NCBI GenBank assembly: GCA_021604405.1
Contig: BQJA01000002.1
Coordinates: 25,386 to 89,385, forward strand
Reading direction: 5' to 3'
Origin: Nitrosomonas sp.
Lineage (GTDB): Bacteria > Pseudomonadota > Gammaproteobacteria > Burkholderiales > Nitrosomonadaceae
DNA: 64,000 bases
A program made the position numbers and the translations under genes. Of the stretch, positions 21,957 to 31,076 are shown in pieces (position 1 is the first letter of the stretch; every line of letters starts with the position of its first letter). The notes beneath the pieces were generated by a model, which was not told the DNA's origin, did no database searches, and saw only the letters and a program-made list of their open reading frames with translations.

Positions 21957-22040
21957 TGTATATAATGCGAAAATTCTGGGAATAGACGAATATTAAGCAC
22001 CATTCATTAACGCCCTGATAGAAATAAAACCTGCCCAGAA

Positions 22041-22499
22041 TCAAGGGCGGTGCCGCACCTCTTTTCTTTGCTCATATTTAATCAGTTTGGATATATCAAG
22101 CAATTCCGCCGATAACAGTTCCAAAACATCATCCAGCGTAAGAATGCCTACCAAACCGCCCTCATCATTAACAACCGGCAAGCGTCTGACAGTCTTGCGA
22201 CGCATATATTGGATTGACTCAAAAACATCTGCGCTCTCTTTTACCGCAAACAAATCCGGTGCCATAATATCGCCAACTGTAATGGCCGACTGATCAAGTT
22301 CGGTCGCGACAATTTCCACGACAATATCACGATCGGTAACAATTCCTACGGGAATCCGGACGCCACTCCGGTCTTCAACAACGACAACATCCCCGACATG
22401 ATGTTGCCGCATAAGCTTGGCTGCTGCTTGCACCGTTTCATCACGATTCACAATAATAACTTCCCGATTACAATATTCACCAATAGACATAAAAATCAC
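22041..22499 (-). CDS. Tandem CBS-domain protein
   Basis: Two CBS repeats (GIVTDRDIV, RRLPVV, GILTLDD). Confidence 0.92.
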   Translation of the reverse strand: MIFMSIGEYCNREVIIVNRDETVQAAAKLMRQHHVGDVVVVEDRSGVRIPVGIVTDRDIVVEIVATELDQSAITVGDIMAPDLFAVKESADVFESIQYMRRKTVRRLPVVNDEGGLVGILTLDDVLELLSAELLDISKLIKYEQRKEVRHRP

Positions 22500-22584
22500 C
22501 TTTTATCTGAGTAATAAGAAAAATACGCCACCCATTCATTACAGGCAGACAATTATCCCGACCAATCATACCGGGCTTACTCCA

Positions 22585-23088
22585 CTAACGTATCCAGCTG
22601 ACACGTAACAAGTTTTCATCTTGGTTATAATGATATTCCAGCTCACCTTGGTAAGCACGGTATATGGCATCCCCCAAGCCGCGTGCAAGATGAATGTCGG
22701 TTGTTGTTATCAACGCTGTTTCATCCTTTTCGTCTATGGCCATAATGCGTTTCAGTGGATGCGTCTCCCGCTCGCGTTCTTCCATATTGTGCACAAGGTG
22801 CATGATTTCATCGCGATTAGCAACAAAAAAATCGCCCTGCAACGTTAAGAAACCGGCGGGATAATGATCTTTCATCCGATGACAAGCAGGACAAGTTACC
22901 TGTAGCGCCTCCGCAGCTGCCAGACGCCATTGCCAACGTCCCTGATGATATGTTGCGCCACACCGCTGACAAACCGCCGGCTCAGGCAACTTGCCTTTGA
23001 CTTTATAGGAATCATGAACATGCTCCTGAAAAATATTGTCCCGTCGAGTAATCTTTTGAAAACCAGGGAATGATATTTTCGTACCCAT
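22585..23088 (-). CDS. BCAM0308-family protein
   Basis: HDSYKVKGKLPEPAVCQRCGATYHQGRWQW...CPACHRMKDHYPAG...HPLKRIM. AGGAG RBS before the ATG at 23088. Confidence 0.85.
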   Translation of the reverse strand: MGTKISFPGFQKITRRDNIFQEHVHDSYKVKGKLPEPAVCQRCGATYHQGRWQWRLAAAEALQVTCPACHRMKDHYPAGFLTLQGDFFVANRDEIMHLVHNMEERERETHPLKRIMAIDEKDETALITTTDIHLARGLGDAIYRAYQGELEYHYNQDENLLRVSWIR

Positions 23089-23700
23089 TTTAGATCTCCT
23101 CTCGTGTTTTTCAGTATGCACACTGCTCTCATTGCCAGCAACCAGTGGTTATCCAATAAGCGGACAAATTGACTCTTATATGAAAATGCTTCAGGACTAA
23201 CAAATTTTTAGCGGCTGATTAATACGTTGCGACGCAGTTTTAATTACGACCGCTGGCGGCTTTATCCGGACGGTCGTGTAAATGTTAATCCAGCCAGTAC
23301 AACCACGCCACGCGATAAAATCACCAATCGTATGCCTGACAATACACCGATATTTTCTTAGAATTATTGCTTAAAAACAACTTCCAAGAGTCAATATGCC
23401 ACTTATGCAAATGAACAAACCGTATACCATGCAATGATGCCTAGCAAAATGCTTTATCAATTGCATCAGTTGATACAAACCCTACCGCCGCAAAACCCTT
23501 TAAATTGAATTTTTCTGAGGGGGTGCTTATTACAACAATAACAGACACAATCAAACAAATATTTTTGCATAACTAATATCACGACTAATATGAATCTTCT
23601 CAAGGTAATCAACAGCAAATACTGGATACATCAGAATTTCAGAGAATAACCATCCAGTCTGCTGTCGCGGTCGATAAAAAAATTTTCCGCGCGTGACTTT

Positions 23701-23721
23701 TGTCATCTAAGCAAGATGACA
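23701..23721. promoter_or_regulatory. Palindrome TGTCATCT-N5-AGATGACA
   Basis: Perfect 8-bp inverted repeat within a 1-kb divergent intergenic region. Confidence 0.35.
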
Positions 23722-23894
23722 CTTTCTTTCCCACGCTGTATGACTTAAACTTTGCGCTTTCTATTGGTTGCTTTTTCATCATTGATTCAACCTTAAGCGT
23801 TTCAATCTACGATGGTTTCTAGTAAATATCCCGGAATTGTCGAGCTTGGTTAGCCCACCAGCCAATCCGTTGGTTTAATTTTTGCAGTACCTGA

Positions 23895-23909
23895 TTTACA
23901 AAGATTTAC
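23895..23909 (-). promoter_or_regulatory. CpxR-consensus-type box GTAAA-N5-GTAAA
   Basis: Minus strand reads GTAAATCTTTGTAAA; on plus it is part of the tandem GATTTACAAA x2 at 23893-23912. Confidence 0.45.
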
Positions 23910-24171
23910 AAAATTTATCTGGATAATTCGCCGCCATTGACCCAGAATCTTGCTTTGCAATCCTGCCAGCACTTTATTGACCGAGTGACCGCAAATCGTA
24001 AAACAAGCGCTAACAATATAGAGATGCAGAGAAAACAGCCGCCTCTGCGTAAACAAAACAGGTGATAAAAAAATGATCAGTCGAAATACACTGCAATAGT
24101 CGCTTCTAATTTTAACATTGATGCAATCTGATAATCATATATTATAAGCGTCATTATCCCTTCTGAATCTA

Positions 24172-25476
24172 ATGATAATTTCCGAAATAATTCAAAGAGT
24201 TTTTGTGCAGATCTACCGACGTTGGCATTTAGCGCTCAGTTTGATTCTAATTTTTCCAGTCTCGCTCGTATCAGCAGAGGAATCTGCGCAGGGGCTTAAA
24301 ATTGATGAATTACAACAACTTGGATTGAAAGCTAATGGTCTGGTACATGCCGCGCGCTCCCAAATCAACATCGCTGAAGCAGATGTCGTCAGCGCATCGG
24401 CGTTTCCAAATCCAAATGTTGCTTTCCTGATTGGACCGCAAAGTAATCGGCTGCCTACTTCAGTTACCGGGCCATCCAACTTGCAGCACGAAGTGGTGGT
24501 CAGCCAGCCGATTGAAAACCCCTTCCTGCGTTCTGCACGCATCGGCTCTGCGGAAGCACTGGTAGATGCCCGAGAAGCAAATCTGGATCAGGTACGTGCT
24601 GATCTGGCAGCTCAACTGCGCGTGCGGGCATATGAACTGATCTTGCGCCAGGAGCAGGCGGAAATGGAAACCAGTATTTACGACCTGATGAAAGAAATTC
24701 AACGCCGCATCAAAGTAAGCGTTGATGCTGGAGAAACAGCCCGTTTTGAATTGATCCGAGCAGAAACTGAAGTACTGGGCGCCGAAAACCGCATGGAAGC
24801 GGCACGTTTAAATGCTGAACGTGCGCGCGTTGCATTAAGACAACTAACCGCTGGCGCCTTGCATAGCGGTTTTGAAATTGACGCATCGTTAAGCGACCCG
24901 GTTGAATTTCCAGCGCTGAAAACATTACACGAAGAAGTTGTTCGGACTAATCCGGATATCCAGCGCCTGGAAGCTGAGCAAAACAGCGCAGACCTGCGTA
25001 TTAATCAAGAAAAAGCATCGGTCTTACCTCGCGTGAATATTTTGTTCGAGAATTACCAGGATGAACAATTTTCCTCTAACACTGCAGGTATCAATCTGGA
25101 AATCCCACTGTTTTATCGCCGCCGCGGTCAAATCGACAATGCGATTTTTGATTCCGCCCGTATTCGTGACACATTGGAATACCGCCGCTTTGAAATCAGC
25201 CAGCTACTTGAATCAGCCTGGCAAGCCTTTCAAATCGCCCGGCGGCGGGTAGAAATGTTCGAAGGCGGTATTGTTACAGAAGCTGAACTGGCACTCACTG
25301 TTGCACAAACGGCTTACCGTCTTGGTGAGCGTGGTTTTATTGAAGTTCTGGATACGCAACGCGTATTACGCGGCGTACTTGCAGATCTGTTGCAGGCACG
25401 CTTTGAACTACAATCAGCTGCAGCAGAAATAGACCGATTACGCGCCAATTATCCCAAGGAGCAACCCATCGAATGA
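24172..25476 (+). CDS. Outer-membrane efflux protein, TolC/CzcC-like
   Basis: OEP repeats, INLEIPLF, YRLGERGFIEVLDTQR; first gene of the RND operon. Confidence 0.92.
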   Translation: MIISEIIQRVFVQIYRRWHLALSLILIFPVSLVSAEESAQGLKIDELQQLGLKANGLVHAARSQINIAEADVVSASAFPNPNVAFLIGPQSNRLPTSVTGPSNLQHEVVVSQPIENPFLRSARIGSAEALVDAREANLDQVRADLAAQLRVRAYELILRQEQAEMETSIYDLMKEIQRRIKVSVDAGETARFELIRAETEVLGAENRMEAARLNAERARVALRQLTAGALHSGFEIDASLSDPVEFPALKTLHEEVVRTNPDIQRLEAEQNSADLRINQEKASVLPRVNILFENYQDEQFSSNTAGINLEIPLFYRRRGQIDNAIFDSARIRDTLEYRRFEISQLLESAWQAFQIARRRVEMFEGGIVTEAELALTVAQTAYRLGERGFIEVLDTQRVLRGVLADLLQARFELQSAAAEIDRLRANYPKEQPIE

Positions 25477-26636
25477 AAGTTTCAACTCGTACTAACATTT
25501 TTTTGCTGATCATTGTTCTTTTTTCAGTGGCATGCGGTAGCAGTGAGGACCCCAGCGCTGACCCTGAAAAAACCGGATCAAAAGAAACGATTGATATCAA
25601 CAGGATCACGCTTATTCCCGAGATGACACAAGATATCAAAACGGACAAGATTGAGTTGACTAATCTGGCAGACAAGATTCAGGTACCCAGCCAGATCAAG
25701 GTTGACGAGCAAAAATTGATTCGAGTTGGCGCCAATGTGACTGGCCGCATTGTCGAAGTAACAGCTAAATTAGGTGACCATGTTAAAGCAGGCACCGCAT
25801 TAGCCAAAATTTCCAGTCCTGAATTAACCACGGCGCAGCTGGAATATCTTCGCGCGCATTCATTAACGGTACTCAACGAACGGGCCGCCAAACGGGCCCA
25901 ATTGCTCTTAGATGCAGATGTTATTGGCGCGGCTGAACTACAACGCCGTGAGGCCGAATTACAAGTGTCCCGTGCCGAGTTAAGCGCCGCCAAGGATCGT
26001 TTACGTTTGCTTGGTGTCTTCGACGCCGCAGTTAACGACCTGGTTAAGCGGGGACAAATTCTACCTTCGGTTGGCATTACCGCAACTATAAGCGGAATCG
26101 TTATTCGACGTAATGTGGTTACCGGTCAGGTTGTTGAACCAGCAGAAGTACTATTCAAAGTGGCGGACTTATCCACGGTATGGGCTGTCGGTGATGTACC
26201 GGAGCATATCGCCAGTAACGTCACTGTTGGCCAGCATGCGGAAATCGAAGTTCCGGCGCTGGGAAATATTACCCTTGACGGAGTGATTGTTTATGTTGCG
26301 GACACTGTTAATCCACAGACACGGACTGTAACGGTACGAACCGTGGTCGAAAATTCCGATCGCAAACTGAAACCGGACATGCTGGCTAGTATGCGCATCA
26401 CTGGAACACCCTTGCAGCAAATTGTCATACCGGAATCAGCAATCGTGCGTGAGAGCAATAAGGATTATGTCTATATTGATGAAGGCGAAAACACGTACCT
26501 TCGGGTACCCGTAGAACTGGGACCTGAAATCGGCAACCTGCGTCCTGTCATTGCAGGCCTGTCAATTGGGCAGCTTATCGTAATTGATGGTGCCTTTGAT
26601 ATTGATAACGAGCGCAAGCTCGATGAACTGGAATAA
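25473..26636 (+). CDS. RND periplasmic adaptor, CzcB-like lipoprotein
   Basis: Lipobox-like SVAC, VADLSTVW, TRTVTVR, LKPDM; 4-bp overlap with the upstream gene. Confidence 0.92.
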   Translation: MKVSTRTNIFLLIIVLFSVACGSSEDPSADPEKTGSKETIDINRITLIPEMTQDIKTDKIELTNLADKIQVPSQIKVDEQKLIRVGANVTGRIVEVTAKLGDHVKAGTALAKISSPELTTAQLEYLRAHSLTVLNERAAKRAQLLLDADVIGAAELQRREAELQVSRAELSAAKDRLRLLGVFDAAVNDLVKRGQILPSVGITATISGIVIRRNVVTGQVVEPAEVLFKVADLSTVWAVGDVPEHIASNVTVGQHAEIEVPALGNITLDGVIVYVADTVNPQTRTVTVRTVVENSDRKLKPDMLASMRITGTPLQQIVIPESAIVRESNKDYVYIDEGENTYLRVPVELGPEIGNLRPVIAGLSIGQLIVIDGAFDIDNERKLDELE

Positions 26637-26639
26637 ATA

Positions 26640-29600
26640 ATGCTGGCATCAATCGTACAAACCATGCTCAAACAACGGCTCATCGTCGTTGTAATTTCTC
26701 TAATTCTGGTTGCCTTTGGCCTGCGAGCCACCACCCAGCTTTCTGTCGATGCTTTTCCCGATGTCACCAATGTTCAAGTTCAGGTAGCCGCCAGAGCTAT
26801 AGGCCGTAGTCCGGAAGAAATAGAACGTCTGGTAACGGTACCAGTGGAAATCGCCATGACCGGTTTGCCTGGTCTGGTGGAAATGCGTTCACTTAATAAA
26901 AGCAGCTTAACCATCATCACGCTGGTTTTTACCGATCAAACAGATGTTTATTTCGCTCGGCAACTGGTGATGGAACGTTTCATCGGTGTCGCCAATCAAC
27001 TTCCTGTAGACGTGGAAGCTGAGCTTGGCCCGGTATCCACCGGACTGGGTGAAATTTATCAATACACCCTGGATCATCCTGATGACGGCACACGTGAACT
27101 GTCGGTGGAAGAATTAACTGAACGACGCACCATTCAGGACTGGGTCGTGCGGCCGATGCTCCGTTCCATACAAGGCGTTGCTGAAATAAATTCTTTAGGC
27201 GGTTATGAAAAACAATACCAGGTTCTCATTAATCCGGAACGTCTGCGCCACTACGACCTGACCTTGTCACAGGTCGATCGCGCGCTGGCGAACAATAATG
27301 CGAATGCCAGCGGCAATATTCTATCTCTTCACGCAGAACAGTATCTCATCCGGAGCAACGGCCTTATTGCGACGCTGGATGACATCCGGAACGTTGTGTT
27401 GAAAGAAATAAACGGCGTCCCTGTTTTTGTTCGTGATGTCGCCGAAGTAAAATTTGGCGCACAGGTACGCCAGGGCGCATTGATTAAAGGTGGATACACA
27501 GAATCGGCCGGTGGTATTGTCATGATGCTGATGGGCGGCAATGCCAAGGATATTGTTACACGTGTACAGGAAAAAGTTGCAGAAATCAATGAACGGAAAC
27601 TGTTACCCGGCGGTTTACAGATCGTTCCTTTTTATGACCGCTCCGATCTGGTGGACGCCGCGCTGTGGACCGTGATCAAAGTGCTGATAGAAGGCGTCAT
27701 TCTGGTCGTCATCATCCTTTTCATTTTTTTGGGGGATGTACGCTCCAGCCTGATTGTTGTGGCCACATTGATCATCGCGCCGCTCGTCACTTTTATGATT
27801 ATGAATCATCTGGGAATTTCAGCTAATCTGATGTCATTGGGCGGATTGGCCATTGCCATTGGCCTGATGGTCGACTCGACAGTTGTCGTGGTAGAAAATG
27901 TTTATCACCGCTTGGGGCATGTCGGCGACACATTAAAAGAAAAACTACAGGTCATACTTGATGCAGTTGTTGAAATCGGTACGCCCCTCATTTTCGGTAT
28001 TTCGGTGATTATTCTTGTGTTCCTGCCTTTGATGACACTGGAGGGGATGGAAGGTAAAACATTCAGCCCGTTAGCCTACACCATCGCGATTGCACTGGCT
28101 GTTTCACTAACTGTGTCATTAACGCTATCCCCGGTACTCTGCGCCTACGTTTTGAAAGGCGGTGCTGATCACGATACACCCGTCATCGCATTTCTTAAGT
28201 CAAAGTACCGCAACCTGCTTAACCGGGCATTAGCCAATGAAAAAACCACCATCCTGGTAGCTTCTGCCCTGCTGGGCCTATCATTTATACTTTTTCCGCT
28301 TCTCGGCAAATCTTTTATCCCTACCATGAAAGAAGGGGCGCTCACGCCTGTCCTGATCCGCGCCCCTTCTGTCTCATTAGAGAAATCTATCGAAATAGAG
28401 ACCAAAGCCCTGGAACTGATCGCGGCTGTTCCCGGGGTAGAAAGTGTTGTCTCCAGGCTCGGCCGCGGGGAATCACCAGCCGATCCGGCAGGACCTCACG
28501 AATCGGACCCCATTGTTACTTTGGACCCGGAATCTGGCAGAACGCAGGATGAAGTGGATGCGGATATCCGCGAAGCACTGTCAGTGTTGCCGGGTGTCAG
28601 CATTGTGATCTCACAACCCATTGCCCAGCGGGTGGATGAAATGGTTACGGGCGTCCGGTCAGAAGTTGCCGTCAAAATTTTTGGCGATGACCTGGAAACG
28701 CTGCGTGTATTATCCGAACAGTTGGCGCGCATCATAAAATCTGTTCGAGGCGCCAGGGATATTCGTATTCAACGCTTATCCGGGCAACAATCCTTAGTCA
28801 TCGATATCAACCGCGATGCGATTGCGCGCTACGGTATTAATGTTGCCGATGTCAATGAATTGATCAGAACGGCCGTTGGCGGCAAGGAAATTTCCACTAT
28901 TTTTGAAAACGATCGTCGTTTCTCACTGGTTCTCCGCTTCCCGCTTGAATTTCGCGACAACGTAGACAGTATTCGCGATCTATTACTACGCACACCGGAA
29001 AAATTACCCGGCGGTGGCCTCGTCCCAGGTGGCGTGTTGATTCCTTTGGAATCTGTTGCCGATGTTCAGGTAATCGATGGCCCGGCGCAAATAAATCGCG
29101 AATTTGCAAAACGCCGTGTTGTCGTCGGCGCCAACGTCCATGAACGCGATATGGGTGGATTTGTAGAAGAAATACAAGAACGGGTTGCAAAAGAAATGAA
29201 TCTTCCAGATGGGTATTACTTTGAATGGGGCGGACAATTTGAAAATATGGAACGCGCCATGGCGACGCTTTCCATCATTGTTCCCATTACGATCGCAGCT
29301 ATTTTCTTTTTGCTGTTTATGCTGTTTAACTCGGTCAAACTCGCGGCATTGATTATCCTTGTACTTCCGTTCGCCTCAATCGGCGGCATCATGGGTCTAT
29401 TCATTACTGGAGAATATTTGTCGGTACCGGCTTCAGTTGGTTTTATCGCATTATGGGGGATTGCGGTATTAAACGGTGTGGTATTGATATCCTATGTCCG
29501 GGGACAGCGGGAGAAAGGCGTCAGCGTAGCTATCTCGGTTATACGCGGCTGTGAACAACGTTTTCGTCCGGTTTTAATGACTGCGACAGTGGCAATGCTG

Positions 29601-29867
29601 GCACTGATTCCTTTTCTATTTGCAACAGGCCCAGGTTCAGAAGTTCAACGGCCGTTGGCTGTCGTTGTAATCGGCGGTCTGATTACGTCAACACTGCTGA
29701 CACTGGTTGTATTACCGACGCTATACCGCTGGTTTGACGTGGAACCTCGAAAAAGTCCCTCAAGCGATGACGACCCGGAAGAAAAACCGCAAACAGAAAA
29801 CAGTTCGTTATCAACTGTTGATGAGCCCGCAACGGCAACCGGGCAGAAAACAACGGAAACTTCCTGA
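26640..29867 (+). CDS. Heavy-metal efflux RND transporter, CusA/CzcA family
   Basis: VDAFPDVTNVQVQV, SLGGLAIAIGLMVDSTVVVVEN, RFRPVLMTA, EVQRPLAVVVIGGL. Confidence 0.95.
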   Translation: MLASIVQTMLKQRLIVVVISLILVAFGLRATTQLSVDAFPDVTNVQVQVAARAIGRSPEEIERLVTVPVEIAMTGLPGLVEMRSLNKSSLTIITLVFTDQTDVYFARQLVMERFIGVANQLPVDVEAELGPVSTGLGEIYQYTLDHPDDGTRELSVEELTERRTIQDWVVRPMLRSIQGVAEINSLGGYEKQYQVLINPERLRHYDLTLSQVDRALANNNANASGNILSLHAEQYLIRSNGLIATLDDIRNVVLKEINGVPVFVRDVAEVKFGAQVRQGALIKGGYTESAGGIVMMLMGGNAKDIVTRVQEKVAEINERKLLPGGLQIVPFYDRSDLVDAALWTVIKVLIEGVILVVIILFIFLGDVRSSLIVVATLIIAPLVTFMIMNHLGISANLMSLGGLAIAIGLMVDSTVVVVENVYHRLGHVGDTLKEKLQVILDAVVEIGTPLIFGISVIILVFLPLMTLEGMEGKTFSPLAYTIAIALAVSLTVSLTLSPVLCAYVLKGGADHDTPVIAFLKSKYRNLLNRALANEKTTILVASALLGLSFILFPLLGKSFIPTMKEGALTPVLIRAPSVSLEKSIEIETKALELIAAVPGVESVVSRLGRGESPADPAGPHESDPIVTLDPESGRTQDEVDADIREALSVLPGVSIVISQPIAQRVDEMVTGVRSEVAVKIFGDDLETLRVLSEQLARIIKSVRGARDIRIQRLSGQQSLVIDINRDAIARYGINVADVNELIRTAVGGKEISTIFENDRRFSLVLRFPLEFRDNVDSIRDLLLRTPEKLPGGGLVPGGVLIPLESVADVQVIDGPAQINREFAKRRVVVGANVHERDMGGFVEEIQERVAKEMNLPDGYYFEWGGQFENMERAMATLSIIVPITIAAIFFLLFMLFNSVKLAALIILVLPFASIGGIMGLFITGEYLSVPASVGFIALWGIAVLNGVVLISYVRGQREKGVSVAISVIRGCEQRFRPVLMTATVAMLALIPFLFATGPGSEVQRPLAVVVIGGLITSTLLTLVVLPTLYRWFDVEPRKSPSSDDDPEEKPQTENSSLSTVDEPATATGQKTTETS

Positions 29868-29928
29868 CGGCTTTCACTGCCTTGACAAGATCGCAACAAT
29901 TGAAGATCCGTCATTACGTGAAAGCCGT
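29867..29928. terminator. Long hairpin immediately after the RND operon
   Basis: ACGGCTTTCAC (29867-29877) and GTGAAAGCCGT (29918-29928), 11-bp perfect stem with inner pairing; no U-tract. Confidence 0.45.
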
Positions 29929-30350
29929 TCAATCTGGATATGAGGCATCTAGTGGGTATCTTGATATGGAATTATCCAGGGAATAACGGCGCGACCACCG
30001 CGTATAGAGGCGATATTAAGCAACCATGTGGAGCGAATTAATCTGTTGAAGCAGCATCGCTCAGTTTACAATTACTGGTCAATTATGTACCAAACTTCAC
30101 CCGGCCTTACCGTTGTTTAAGTATCCTGTCATTTTGCAGATCATACAGTTTGCGCGGTGATTTACGGAACAGCAATTTAACAATCTAACTTACTTTTCCA
30201 CAATGAGGCTTGCTGACGAATTTGACAACAGATGGGATTTTCGATAAATTTCTGCAGTGCCGAAGCAGCGAGATGGCATTTCAATTTCAATCACTAAAGA
30301 CCCTGATTCCTTGTCGGCGTTTCGTCCTCATTTTACTCAGTTAAGCTTAT

Positions 30351-31076
30351 ATGAAATTCTCTATTATAACGATAACGACATTGTTTCTTGTTTTCAGCTT
30401 AGCAAACACAGCACAATCAACATCAATCAAAGTACCCGACAGCTTAGAGCAGCGCGTGAAACCCTGCACGATCTGCCATGAAGATGTCGACAAGACAAGT
30501 CTGGATGCCTATTTTCCACGCATAGCGGGTAAACCAGCCGGTTATCTTTATAATCAACTGCGTAATTTTCGCGACGGTCGACGCTATTACCAGCCGATGG
30601 CCATATTACTCGAAAATATGTCGGATGAGTATATACTGGAAATTGCGCGTTATTTTTCTTCCATGCACTATACCTATCCACAGCCCGATCCTCACGGTTT
30701 GCCCCCCAATGAAATTAACATGGTCGAGAAACTCATTAACAGCGGTGATCCAGCACGTAACATACCAGCGTGCAACACCTGCCATGGAGAAAGCTTAATG
30801 GGCATCGAGCCGTACATACCCGGTTTGCTCGGCCTGCCGCATGCGTATCTGGCTGCCCAGTTCGGCGGCTGGCGTAATGGCGGCATCATGCGCGGCCAAA
30901 CACCTGACTGCATGTCAGAAATAGCCAAAAAACTAACGCAGGAAGAAGTCTATGCCCTGGCGAGATGGTTACCAGCGCAACCGGTATCAGGAGAAACGGC
31001 TAAGTCAGAGACACTCGACCCGGCACTGGTTCAGCGGTGTGAAGATATTTTCTCTGAAAGGAAGCATTTTAAATGA
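30351..31076 (+). CDS. Di-heme cytochrome c4-like protein
   Basis: Signal peptide, CTICH and CNTCH, FPRIAGKPAGYLYNQL. Confidence 0.92.
   Translation: MKFSIITITTLFLVFSLANTAQSTSIKVPDSLEQRVKPCTICHEDVDKTSLDAYFPRIAGKPAGYLYNQLRNFRDGRRYYQPMAILLENMSDEYILEIARYFSSMHYTYPQPDPHGLPPNEINMVEKLINSGDPARNIPACNTCHGESLMGIEPYIPGLLGLPHAYLAAQFGGWRNGGIMRGQTPDCMSEIAKKLTQEEVYALARWLPAQPVSGETAKSETLDPALVQRCEDIFSERKHFK

Noticed and set aside
23168-23395. 10-bp inverted repeats ATTGACTCTT/AAGAGTCAAT as possible MITE ends
   Set aside because: No target-site duplication, and such a match is expected by chance in 1 kb of AT-rich DNA.
23850-24056. 68-aa minus-strand ORF in the large spacer
   Set aside because: No RBS or recognisable features, and it overlaps a likely promoter region.
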